From the human T2T-CHM13v2.0 reference genome, Homo sapiens: a stretch of 64,000 nucleotides of DNA. Of this stretch, positions 13,039-29,203 are shown piece after piece; the stretch's first letter is position 1, and the number at the start of each line of letters is the position of its first letter. The notes under the pieces were generated by a model, which was not told the DNA's origin, did no database searches, and saw nothing but the letters and a program-made list of their open reading frames with translations. The DNA is taken from assembly GCF_009914755.1 (NCBI RefSeq), contig NC_060925.1. The stretch is one strand, 5' to 3'. Both the position numbers and the translations under genes were made by a program.

Positions 13039-14410
13039 TTAGAAGGTGCAGCTGCTGCTCAATGCTCTGATTACAGCCATCTAGAGCTGGGAGCTCAGAG
13101 GCCTGTGAGTCCTCAGATTTTTGTGACCTCAGACCTAAGCCCTGAGGTCCATCATGTTACATTCTCTCTTTAAGGGTTACCCTTATGAAAAAACAAAATA
13201 AAAGACCAGAATGTGAGAGTTGAGTTGTCCCTTGACAGGTAGAAAAGTCTATTTTGCCCAGGACAAAATGGATTTGCATTTTGTAAAGTTAAAGGTAATA
13301 CCTATAAGCCATTCTCCTCAAACACTAGTCTGAAGAAGCTCTCAGAGGCCTGGGCCATGACGGAGCAGAGTATGGAAGGTGATGGAAGAGGGCTGGAACC
13401 TGGAAAACAAATTCTACAACCTGTAGATAATTAAAAAAAAAAAAAAGGGTAAGTACATCCCCCTGGTTGATAGAAAATGTCACAAACACAAAAAACATAA
13501 TAAAGCTGGGTTTGAGTCCTTGGTGCCTTCCCTTCATGATTAATGATTGGTCTCAAATAGGATGGGTAAGGGAAAGTGAAGTTCCTCTTCAAGTAGCTTT
13601 AAAAATGCCACAGCTTAAAAAAATTATTGTAACATCAATTTAAGAAAAAAAAAAAAACTCTGCTAAAATGTAAAGGTCAAGAAAGATTTGGGTGTTTTTA
13701 AAGGCTGTCTTGAAGAAATTCTTATAAAGGTTAAGATGTCGTGTAGTTTCAGAGTTATGGGCATGGGGGGAGTCCAGCACAAAAAGAGCACCACCTCGGG
13801 GCCCTTGGTGACTGTGACCCACGCTGACAGTGGGCAGGGGCAGCTGGCGGATCACAGTGTGTCACCATGTCAGTGGGAGAAGCCACGCACTGCTCTCTCA
13901 GAGCCTTTAAAGAAATGGGAACATGTCACTTCCAGAGCTCTGTTCTGACTACCCGCAGGCCTTAAGATTATCTGCCCCTCATAATCCCAAACGGCAAGGT
14001 GTCTCCTGCTGCCAAGAGCGGCACTCAACACAGCACTTAAAATCACCCAGGTGAGGGAATTCTGAGCGCCTGCTATTTCTCTTGCCTTCTCTCACTGTGC
14101 CCTGAGCCACTCAATTCTTCAGCAGAAGTTTCAACAGATTTATGGGGGATGGGAGAATCTCCTGACTTCCACATATAAAGTGTTCTGGAGACATTGCAGA
14201 GGTTTCCATGACTCCACACCTAAGTGTTCTGGGAAAAGATGTCCACTTGGTCTCAGGTGTTCTAGTCAAAAGCGCCTATCAGGCCCCTAAGGAACAGTAT
14301 CTTGGTCAAGGCAATTCTTCCCAGGGAATACAGAGTAGAGTGCCTACACACCAGTGCATCTGAGTAGGACTTCACCTTATGGGGCTTGGGGAGTCTCCTG
14401 ATCACTAGGT

Positions 14411-14930
<520 letters not shown>

Positions 14931-15680
14931 CTCAAGATCTCTTCTGCATCCAAAAGTGCATGCATGTGTGTGGGCACACACAGGGGCCAACTCTCCCACT
15001 GGAAATCGCTGCTGAATGATGAGAGTCGGTCATAGCCTTCAGAAGAGAAGGATGGAAAGTATCATCATAGAGGATTCTAATTTGTCTTGCCAACACCTAT
15101 GAAAGGAAGCAAGAGCAAATGTGGGTAGTTACCCTAGTGAGACAACCATCCACATTTACCTGGACAATGTAGGTTCTCTGAAGAGCAAATCAAGTCATTT
15201 GACCCATTAGGTCACCTCTCTCCAAAATATTCCTTGTGACACTCACTGATCTTATGTGGCAGGGCTTGACCCAGAGGTAGGTGGGCTAGGCCTTTGCAAA
15301 ACATAACTTGCAGGGCATCAGGAAGTGATTCTGAAAGTGCTATCTGAGTGACTTATTGAGTCTGAACTCCACCATCAGAATTGGTCATTTGGGTTAGCTT
15401 CGGATGTTTTGTTAAATATTGAGTCTACTGTTGCTGCTCAAACTGCTTCCCCTCGCGTGGGTGAAGTGCTTTCTCATCTCTCTCTTCTGGTGTCTCTCCC
15501 AAACTCTCTTCCAGAGCCAGCTCAGTTACCCTGACACTTCCTCCGATTACTGCTTAGTCTTGTTTCTGATTATACTAATTTTATATTACATTCATTTGGC
15601 TCTGAAAAGATACTCTTGTCTTCTTCTTCTTTTATTTTTTTCTTTGCAGCTCCAGCTCAAAGAAATCCTCTGTTTTATTA

Positions 15681-15874
15681 TAGTCGGCCCTCTTTATGCA
15701 AGGGTTCTGCATCTGCGGAAAATACTATTTTTGATCTGTGGTTGGTTGAACCTGCAGGCACAAAAGGCCAACTCTACTACTCCATTTTATATAAGGGACT
15801 TGAGCATCTGCGGATTTTGTTATGGAGGCGTAGTGTCCTGAAACCAGTCCCCCTCAGATACTGAGGGATAACTG
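15681..15874 (-). mobile_element. TcMar-Tigger MITE (MER2/MER8 family)
   Basis: Terminal inverted repeats (tagtcggccctc / gagggataactg) flanked by TA. Contains ttatataagggacttgagcatc. Confidence 0.8.
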
Positions 15875-16000
15875 TATTTCATATAGGCTATCTTTCTAAT
15901 TAAATTTTCAAGTCCATTGAGGGCAGAGGCCTATCCTATTTGTTGTATCCTAGCCTTCATCTCAGGGCACTGTATCTAGAATGGGGTCCAATAAACTTTT

Positions 16001-16308
<308 letters not shown>

Positions 16309-16329
16309 TAAACTTTTAAAAGTGTATAT

Positions 16330-16560
16330 TAATAGTATCATCATCAGTTGTTAATGGTTCTGTGTGCTGGTGTTTTCCAGGTGCTGGGCATTTCCCACAT
16401 GTCAGCTCACATGATCTTCACAATTAACCTGTGCAGTTCCTGTCATCCCCATCCTGAGAGGAGGAGATCAAGGCCCAGGGACCATAGGGGATTTGGCAAA
16501 GTCACAGGGCTAGGGTAGGGCCAGGCCAGATTTGAACTCAGATGATCGGCAGTGTCTATA
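16330..16560 (-). mobile_element. MIR
   Basis: Core-like atccccatcctgagaggaggagatcaaggcccag...aaagtcacag...gatttgaactcag. Confidence 0.6.
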
Positions 16561-18149
16561 ATATTATGGGAATTAATGTTCCCTTTGCTGCCTGGTGAGA
16601 ACACCTCAAATAAGGGTGCTAGGAGGAAAAGTCTGGTTTGGGAGAGGGGCAGAGGACTAGGTCCCAATGAGAAAGCATTGCATATATCATATCAGGAAAG
16701 TGGTTTATTTCTCTGCATCCCAGCTTCCCAATCTCTGAAATGGGAGTGGTTATCCCTAAGTCACTGGAGATCCAAAAAAAACTCAACAGACTAGTAGGGT
16801 TCAGGAAGCATCAAGGAAGGAAAAGGGCACTACCTGTAAATTCTGACCTCGGGGACAGTTCTGGGAGTTGGGGTCCTTAGATGCTCCCGTGGGGGAGGTT
16901 TTGTTTATAACCAACCCACTGCAGGGCTGTGCTTTTATTTATTTATTTCTAAAAGGAATAGAGGCTCCTCTAGGCTGGCTCTCATACCTGGAGGAGCACA
17001 CCACAGAGGTCCATCTCCCACCTTATGACATCAGAAAGGGCAGCTTTATTCCTCACCCTCAAAGCGCAGAAGCTGGAAATTGCTCCTTTATGAAACTACT
17101 CTTGAGAAAACTCACACTAAAGGGGTCTGGGTTACTTCCTTGACGCCCACCGCAAAAATTTTTGCTTTTTCATAAATCAAAAAACAGAACAAAACCCTCC
17201 AAAACTATGATATTCTGGCTTCAGGAAGAAGTGGACCTAATGTAATTCTTCTCTCAATCAATAGTCAATGAGGGATTTTAATTCATGAACACAATTAACA
17301 TGATTACTGTGACCCCTATGGAGTCATTGCATTTTATTGCTCATTGCATGAACTGGATTTCCATATTTAGGAAGGAAAGCAAATAATATCAGCAGTCTTG
17401 TGTAGCTACATAAAATTCTTTCCTAAATATGTAGTGCTTTTCTAAGGATCCTTTTTGACTAAGTGATTCAACCTAATGTCAAAATGTTTTACAGATATAT
17501 ATTCATCCCCCCAATTAAAACAAATGTTAAGGAAAAGGAAACAAAGTGAAGATGTTCAATCTTTCTGTCAGAGCTGACCATGCATATAGTCTTCTTTGAA
17601 CTGGTCGCAAAGGGAGATTCTAACTATTTGAGCAATTCTGACCATTAGAGCAATTTATTTGGAATAAGGCATTGTCTCTAGAAGGAATTTATTAAAAATA
17701 CAGGTTATGTGGGCCTAGTAACACAATTCCCACAATAATCATTATTCTAGCTGCATGAATTACTTTATCAGATTAATAAGCTGTCACCTATCAGACAATA
17801 TGGCTCTGAGGAAATAAGACATATTTTAATGGACATCATTGTCTTAAATATGAAGCAGTTCTATGAGACTGGCTGGCTTGCTTGGGGGGCCTGTGCTGGG
17901 GGTCTGGCAGGCTGGAAGACCAAAAGTCACTGAATAAAAAGAAGAAGCAGAGGAGCGAGAAGTGAGGGGAACAGTAAAATCCAACTTCTAGTCTCTTCAC
18001 AATTTTGCCTCATGTCACCCTAGTCTTGTTTAAATGTTTTAATATACAAATGACCAATATGGTCTCTTTTTTGGCCCATACCTCCAAAAAATAAGTTACT
18101 TGTACCAAAATTAAAAGTGAAATGACTCCCCTGCCCATTCCTTTCAGGA

Positions 18150-19240
<1,091 letters not shown>

Positions 19241-19349
19241 GCAACTTACTATATTGGTGTTTGTCATCATTCTATTGCAGGATACTTAAATCTTTTGTGC
19301 AAAAGAGGTCTTTAAAATGATTTTTAAAGAAAGAATAGGATATATATAT

Positions 19350-19580
19350 CAGTAGCTTCAGTTTGCTAAGGACTTTCTATCAGACACTTTAAGTGCTTTG
19401 CATTCTTATTTAATCTCCATAACAATCTTTGGGGGTAGATTTACTATCCCCATTTTACAGATGAGGAAATAGACTTAGAAAGTTTATTGAAGAACTTGCT
19501 TCAGCCAGACTGCTAATGAGTGATGGCACTGCGATAGTGATCCAGCCAATCGCGTTCACACTGAGCTCCTTACCAGTGTG
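19350..19580 (-). mobile_element. MIR
   Basis: tatccccattttacagatgaggaaa core. Confidence 0.8.
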
Positions 19581-20279
19581 CGATTCTATTCTTATGGTTA
19601 CTCAGGGAAAACAGGATGAGACCATGGAGCGACACGACAAGATCACGCCATGAACTGAGGAAAAGTCCTGGCCTTTAGAGGAAAAAATTATCATATCTCT
19701 CTGCTCACAAAATAGTTGAGAGAACGTTTTCTTTATCTCCATTCCACACCTAAAAAATATGGAATTGATTTTCTGTGATTTCCCTTTTCTGCCCTCCATT
19801 GAAAGCCTTGATTATGCCCCAGTTTTCTGCAAGGATAAAATTCTTACTGCTGAGTTATACATTCTGCAGATGAGGAAGTTATACCTAGGTTTCAACTGTG
19901 AAACATTTACTCCTCCATTGATACATGTGTGTAACTCCCATCAGGGGAACACTTTTCTTAGAGGAAAAAATACTTAGTTTCTATAGAGGCAAAACAAGGA
20001 AAAAGGTGGACATGACGTGTGGCAAAAACAAGCACCCTGAAGGGCGAGGGAAAAGAAAGAATGAAGCTAAGTACATATAGTTTATTTGTTGTTGTTGTTG
20101 TGGATAGGGAATGTTGAATTTCAAGTTTTCTTTTTTAAGCAGAGAATGCAGAATTTTGCCTAACTGATCGCTATCATTATTGCTGTCATTGGAATTCAAC
20201 AAGAGAATGCATGTAGAAGGGGCTTCGTAAGACAGTGGTGCACCACACATGAAAGATACTATGATTATAGCCTTTATTA

Positions 20280-20340
20280 TTAGGATGCTGCAAAAGTAAT
20301 CATGGTTTTTGCCATTAAAATTAATGCAGAAACTGCATTG
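20280..20340. mobile_element. MADE1 mariner MITE (partial)
   Basis: ttaggatgctgcaaaagtaatcatggtttttgccattaaaattaatgcagaaactgc; right arm truncated. Confidence 0.8.
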
Positions 20341-20364
20341 TGATAGGATGTGGCAAAGTAGAAG

Positions 20365-20565
20365 TAAGTGGTAGCTTAGAACATAGGCTATGGAGGCAGA
20401 GTCTGGGCTTAACATTTTGGTGCTGCCTTTACTAGCTCTGCAACAGTTTGGTCAAGTTACCTAAACTTTCTAAGCTCCAGATTCCTTCTTTGTCAAATGC
20501 AGATAATGTTATCTTCCTCATTGTGTTTTGAGAATGACACATGATAATACGCATCTGTGAAAGGT
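20365..20565 (+). mobile_element. MIR
   Basis: gtcaagttacctaaactttctaagctccagattcc...tgtcaaatg. Confidence 0.7.
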
Positions 20566-22214
20566 TACTTGTTTTAAGGATGGTGATGTTGACTCACATG
20601 AAAAACAAGGAAACAAGTGAGTCAATAATAAAAACATATAGTTACTTACATGCTTTTATTATATAAGTTAGCATCAGTTTTATGGATTGGAAGGATAAAA
20701 ACAAACTCAGAAGGAATCCTAGAGAGATTTGGCTAGGCAGTGACTCAGAGATCAGGTAGATAAGGCTCCCTGCGGAGTTGGGACTTGAATAGTGGGGAGG
20801 TAGAAGGAAACCACAAGTGAATCCAGCCATTTTGCATGACCTTCAGTGTAACTTCAGATTTGGTTCAGGTCTCAGTAAGCACCTGCTCGCCAGAGAGGGA
20901 GTGAGGCTTCCATAGCACTTGGCTAGAAGCAGAAATGGGCATGTAGGGGAAGACAGGGCTCACTGTAGGCCTGAGAGAGAGAGAGAGGACAGTTAAGACA
21001 GTCTCATGAGATCCGCTGGAGGTTCAGGGAGGTCCCAGACCACCCTGGACTTTCCCTGTAGGCCAATCCTTCATGTTCCAGTTATTGAACGCCCATTCTA
21101 CTGCAGGAACTGATCATAGTTATTAGAGTTCAGAAAATAAAGTTTCCCTGTTATTTATTCTGGAATTTGTCTTATCCTTTCAATATTCTACAAGTCTCCC
21201 ACCAGTCTGCTAAAGAATATCACTTCTCTGAGGAACAGAATGGTCTGCTTCTGATACTAAAAGTAAGATGTTTGTTTTTGAAGCAACATAGATTCAAATA
21301 GGGATAACAATTCTTTGTGGAAAATAAAAGCATCTTTATATTTACTTGAGTAAACAGAAAAAATAGTGCAATTGAAATGATTTCCCACCTGCCAAACAAA
21401 ACAGTTTTCTTTTGTAAGTCCTATTCCATATACGAGGGTGGTCAAAGCAAAAGGCTGCACAAAGGGAATAGTGATGAATTCAGCTAGTGGGAGCCACTGT
21501 GCCTGCCGACAGTTCACTCGCTCCATTATATTCCACTGCGGCAAGAGAAAGTCACCCTGCAACCTGGACTGACAGGCTCAGCTGCTTGGCAAATGTCAGT
21601 TCTCTTCTCAAAGAGCCATGTTTTTCCTGGGAGTTAATTTGTGGGCGTTTCATGTTGGTTGAATTGGGCCTAAAGTCAAAGCAAAACTTTGGAGAAGCTG
21701 TGATGCATCCCAGGTTAAACCAGAACTATTTATTGCAGCTTCCCTTTTTGGCCACGTAGTTCTTGTCCTACAGAGCGGCTGGGATTTTCCACTGAAAGTG
21801 TCTGCTTATATCTTGGGAGGTAGGTCGTGAGGACCTCTAGCCTTCTTCTTTTCCTGTGGCTCTCTTTGGAGGTCGGGACAAGCTGACCCACCAACGCTCC
21901 GCAGGACCAGCCACAGGCAGAATGCTGCAGGACATGAAGTTTGCCTTTTACAGCCCCATACCTGTACTATTTTCACCTTTCTCAATCCCTAGGCCTTCCC
22001 AGACCTACCCAGGGGCTTCTGGCTATGGTGCCTGGCTCCTTCGCTATGGCACTAAACCTAGCCCGCCTTGATTTTTAAAAATATAGCAACAATCATCACC
22101 ACAATTACCATTTACTGGCCCTTCGTTATGTGCCTGACATTATGTCGCACATTGTATTCATATTTTTCTCCGTGACTGTGTGAGCTCAACAGCTATAAGA
22201 AGTGGCTATACATG

Positions 22215-22661
22215 CAGTGAATACCTTTGGTTTCCTCTCTGTCTCCTTGCCTACTCCAGGAGGTCTCGTGCAGGCCAGTTGGCATGACAGCTGCGTCCCT
22301 TTGCCTGAGGGGGTGCCCTCGCCTCCTGAGAAGATGGTAAATTGAGGGCTAAGCTAGAGGTGCTCAATCCAGGAGTGATCCTCAGCCTTTGAGGGGTAGG
22401 AATTTCTGGGAAAATTTATTGACTTCCTATTCCCCACGGTGGGACAATTCTGGGGTAGGTTCCCAGGTCTCCCAGAGGGTCTTCAAAAAGATTGACAGCA
22501 GTGGCCTCATGGTAACCTCATGGCAACCACTTTCATTGGTTTGTCCCCTGTCCCTTCTGTCTCACTTACCAATTCCCTCTCATTGCTCTCTGGGATTTCT
22601 GCCCAAACTTGTTCTCAATCCTTGTGTCATGATTTGTCCTTGAAGGAATCTTCACCAAGAT
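22215..22661 (+). mobile_element. ERVL LTR16-like
   Basis: ccccacggtgggacaattctgggg...ctctgggatttctgcccaaac...caatccttgtgtc. Confidence 0.6.
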
Positions 22662-23359
22662 ACTGCATGATTGTCCTCCCAGAACAGGAGAGAAAGAGAG
22701 CTTTGGGATGCTGACGTGCATGAGGACATGTAGCTGGTGAGTGGCCAGCAGGACTTGAATCAGGACCATCACTTATGTTTCCATCAGAATCAGTCTGGGC
22801 GTATTTTTCTAGTTAGTTAATCAAATTAATTAGTGTGTAGCTTTTTTGAAAATGATTTAAGCCTTTAGAACATATCCTAATACTTCCTTCTTCTATCAAA
22901 TCTATTTGTCCTGTATCTCATTCCATTGAGACTCAGGATTTAACCAGCAATATAATTATATACAAATATAATAAATTAATTAATATTGCAATGCTATAGC
23001 TGAAAGTGATGAAATGTAGTATGCCTCTAGATGTATTCATACTTTACACTAGACTTTTCCAATTGCAGTGCCTTAACTTAAAGGAAGAACTGTTAGTAGA
23101 ATTTCAGGCATCTAAGTAGTCAAGGAAACCCCCTCTCCATGCTCTCCAATGGACTTTTCCTGAGCCCCTTATACATCTTTCCATTTGCTAACTCTACCTG
23201 CTGACACTGATGCTTTATCTAATCATCAGTGGGATTCCTCTTGAATTGGAAGGCAAAGTTCAACCCTGAATGTGTGCTGGCCTGGTTCCTTCTCAGTGAC
23301 AAAAACATGCAACTGTCTCTTCTTTACCTCTCTGGCTCATCAGGGGACATGGAGGAACT

Positions 23360-23502
23360 GTTTACGTGCCTTGGTTTCCTAGCCTGTGAAAGGAAGATAA
23401 CCCTTGTTCCAACATGCTTTTCAGCGGGTGATGTGAAGATAAATGTGATAACGTCTACAAAGTCCTCCGAATTCTTGGGATGAAAGGCGCTATGTAAATG
23501 GA
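23360..23502 (+). mobile_element. Very ancient CORE-SINE (MIR1_Amn/MIR3-like) 3' part
   Basis: gtgccttggtttcctagcctgtgaaa core followed by the L2-derived tail gggatgaaaggcgctatgtaaatg. Confidence 0.55.
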
Positions 23503-23924
23503 GCACAGCCCTGTTATGATTAAAGTTTAATGCAGCAGCTCTCAGGCCTATACAGGGAATGCAGTCTGGCTGGAAGATAGGATTGCTGAGTTGTCCCCTC
23601 TAATCATTGTCCCCATGGATTCACCATCCAGCAGCCTCATCTTAGAAATGCCCATCCATTCCGTTCATTCAATTTGGTTTTTATTTTCAAGAGACCAGTT
23701 ACACAGTTACGTTTTGCCCTTCACATTCTTCAGCTATGGGGGTCAGGTTTTAGAAAACACATATGTACAAACGTACATTGCCACCTAATTTATGACCCAA
23801 CTCCTGGAGGGCCTGAGGACTAGATCAGCAACTAGACATTCAGATATAAATTCTGCACTGAAAAGAATATCCTTGAACCTCTGCATGTTTGTGTGTGGCC
23901 TGAAACACAATCATGCATCGGCCA

Positions 23925-24252
<328 letters not shown>

Positions 24253-25089
24253 TCAAAACAACAAGCTATACAATTTTCCTTTTTGTGACAGAATTGGAAC
24301 TACTGGATTTCTCAGTAAAAGCAAAACAAAACAACCATAGAAAAATACCACCGTCTCCTTCTCAAATTAATTCTTTCAGTTTATGCTCCTAACTCCATAA
24401 AAATGTGGTTTAGCTTTTGAAGTTTTTATTAATATTTATAATGCCCTTTTGGTGCCCTTGAACCACACAGAAATAGAGCCCTGATATAAATACCTATCTT
24501 CTAGGTGGATTGTGGTATACCTAAACTCAGCCATTAACTTTGAAGTTTTTATGTATATATATATATATTTGACTTTGCTTTGTTTCTCTCATTTCTTGAT
24601 GCAAAAGTTTATATTTTAAATACTTTTTAAAATGCAAATTTTAATAGCTTATATTTTATTTTCAAAAGTAATGCATGCTTGTAAAAATATACTGATATGG
24701 ATATAGAAACGAAGGGAAAAAAACCTCTTCTTCCAGACACATGTCTAAAATCCTGTTGCCAAGGGTAAATCATGCACTTTAAGTCCTTTTAAATTAGGGC
24801 CTTGTTAGTTTGAGGGATTGAAATTGTCTTAAGAAGCTACTAACTAGTCATATTTCTTTATTTCTAAATATTGAAGTAAAAAAACTGTGAAAGATTTCAA
24901 AAATACAGAAAACTATACAAAATTATAATCATCCATAAGACTACTGCCAAAAGGTAATCAAGTTGTAACATTTTAGTGTACTTCTTTCAATATTTTTCTC
25001 TGCCAATATGGTAGAGATGGTACAATGGTCCCTTCAATCCCTCCATATTATATTGTGACAATTTTCTAATGTTAAGAGACATTTTGTCA

Positions 25090-25276
25090 TTGGGCGCAAT
25101 GGCTCATGCCTGTAATCCCAGCACTTTGGGAGGCCAAGGCAGGAGGATCACTTGAGGTCAGGTGTTCGAGACCAACCTGGCCAACATGGCGAAACCTCGT
25201 ATCTATTCGAAATACAAAACTTAGTTGCGCATGGTGGCACGCAGCTGTAATACCAGCTACTTGGGAGCCTGAGGCA
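25090..25276 (+). mobile_element. 3'-truncated AluS
   Basis: Left monomer plus ~50 nt of the right monomer, ending at ctgaggc. Confidence 0.85.
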
Positions 25277-25929
25277 AAAAATAAACATTCTTTCAAAAAA
25301 ACATAATTTTGAATGGCTGCAAAATATTCCTTTGCAAATGCTTCGTATTAAACTTTTTCCAGACAATGAGAGGGAATATTTAGCCCTCTCACCTCGTGTT
25401 TTCCTTGTGAGGGAGGGGCCCTTCTTCAATGACCAGGAAGGAGACATATAAATGGAACCGTCATTTGTCACCTCTCTGAATCCCCTCCCTCCTTCCTTCC
25501 AAAGGCAGAGTGACTCCTCTGGCTGCTGAGATGGAAAGAGGTGTCAGTTCAGTCACTCTCCACAGCAATCCTGCGACACCCTGAGGCTTGTGTTTCGTCT
25601 CCTTGGAATGGCTAGTTGGGCCCCACCATGTGGCCAGCTTCTCTGTCAAGACTCACTTATTCTGGCATGTTCTTGCTCCTGCAGAGGGCAGGCCTGCAGT
25701 TGGGGATGGAAGTGTTTAATTCTGAAGGAAAAGTGGTAGGCTTGTAGCCACAGGTTGAGCTGCTTCTCTAATGCAGTTTAGTCAACCTTTAGGATTATAG
25801 ATAGATGTTCATCAGCTGGATTCCTGTATTTGTCTCTCAACTTGCTCCTAACTTAGATGAGGGGAGATAGTGAGTCAAGAGAAAAAAATGTAATGATTAA
25901 TAGTTATAGCCCTATACCTCAACTAATGT

Positions 25930-26120
25930 TACTATAGCTAACATTTATTTAGTATTTATTCTGGATCAAGCTGCATTTTCTCATATAATTCCCCCAACAA
26001 CCCTGTGAGGTCATGGTATTATTGTTATCATTTTACAGATGATGGAATTGAGGCATGATGAAAGCCTCTCGCAAGTGAGGGAGCTGGGATTTGCTCCCTT
26101 GCTCCTAGCCACTTCACTGT
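25930..26120 (-). mobile_element. MIR
   Basis: caacaaccctgtgagg...attttacagatgatggaattgaggc. Confidence 0.75.
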
Positions 26121-27556
26121 ATCATCCTTCATCTATTCTACATCATAAATAACACATTAACTTTTTTGCACATTAATTGTAGCTTGACTTGTAAACTCTA
26201 CCTGATGCTGTCTTCTATAGTTGAATATGTCCGTTATTTTTTAAATAATATTTTATTGTAGTTATTGAATGTCTTTTAATATCATTTATAATGACTTGGG
26301 ATATACAGATTTTTATTTTTATGCAGTTAAATCTATTCTTATTTTCCTTCATGACTTATTCCATCTTGATTTTGTGTTTAGGAAGTCTTTGCCAACCCGA
26401 TAAATAGACTTTCACCTATATTTTACTTTAGATTCTATGGTTTTATTTTAAAAGTATAACTTTTACCATCCAGAAATTATTTGGTATAAGAGAACCGTTC
26501 TAAGTTTTTTGTTTTGTTTTGAAGAAAAACAAACAAACAAACAGTTGACTCAACACCATCCTTTCTCCACTGGTTTCCAAACCTGTTTCTGGTTTCTGTT
26601 TTTCTCCATTGCACTACCTGCTAATTTTTCTGTAATCTCACTCTGTTTTTATTTGTTTGTTGAACTTTTTACTGTAGCTTTATGGCATATTTTAATATTT
26701 AGAAGGATGAGTCCCACCTTGTTACTCTTTATTTTTAGAAACTTGTTGTCATCATGTGATATTCTTCCACATACATTTAAAAATTATTTTATCAAGTCTT
26801 TGCCCTAAAATCTTAATGGGAATATAGTTAGAATCTAGTTTCATCTGCAACTCAGTTTGGAAATATTTAATATCTTTACAGAATTCCTTTTTTCCATCTA
26901 GGAACATGTAATTTATTTATTCTTAAATATTTTCTTTTGCATGTCTCAGGTACTGAATTTGTCCTCATGAATGTGGCATTCTTTCTTGTTCAGGTTATTT
27001 CTATTATTTTATATTTTTGGAGGCTATTGGGAATAGATTCTTATATAAATAGTTATTATGATTTCACATTGTTTAAAACAACTGGTTATTGTTGGCATAT
27101 GGACAATGTGGACAATTTTTTAATAGTATTTTTGTTTAGTTTGTAGTTTCTTTATTGACTTCATTAATTTTAAAGTTTTTCCTTTGATCCTCCTGAGCTG
27201 TCTGTGCATAAATATACCATTGAAAATAATGATTTTCATTGCTTGCAATTTTTATATATGTTTCATTTTTATTTTATTGACCGGAACTCCCAGAATAATG
27301 TTAAATAACAATTATAATGAACATCCTTGTTTTGTTTAAATTTTAATGGAAATGCCTACAGGGTTTCACTGTAAAACATGACAGCTCTTGTTGCTTTAGA
27401 ATAGATATTTAAATAAATAATATTTCTATTTGTAAAAAAATGTTTCCTCTTTAACAACCAGGACTAGATGTTGAATTTTATTATATTATTTTTCTTTGTC
27501 TTATTATATTTTCAAACATTAAACCATCCTTGCATTTTAAGAATAATATTTAATGA

Positions 27557-28662
<1,106 letters not shown>

Positions 28663-28876
28663 TAAGTAACACATTCAGTTTTCTACAAATTTACTTATGG
28701 ATTTACATCTACCTTCATAAGTAGTATTGGTTTGTAATTTTTTTCTTCCACACTATCTTTATTAGGTTATTATGGTTATGCTAATGCTACAAGAAATTTG
28801 TAAGTTTTCCATCTTTTCCTGTACTGAAACAGTATATATGATGTGCAAACTATTCCTTTAAAATTTGCAAAGACTA

Positions 28877-29203
<327 letters not shown>

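Noticed and set aside
13995-14030. CTCF-like motifs (gcagcaggagacac rc; ccaagagcggcact)
   Set aside because: Too many mismatches or wrong spacing relative to the core consensus.
15419-15841. 140-aa hydrophobic ORF resembling a signal peptide or membrane protein
   Set aside because: It has a non-ATG start, T-rich composition drives the hydrophobicity, and its 3' part lies in a MER2-family element.
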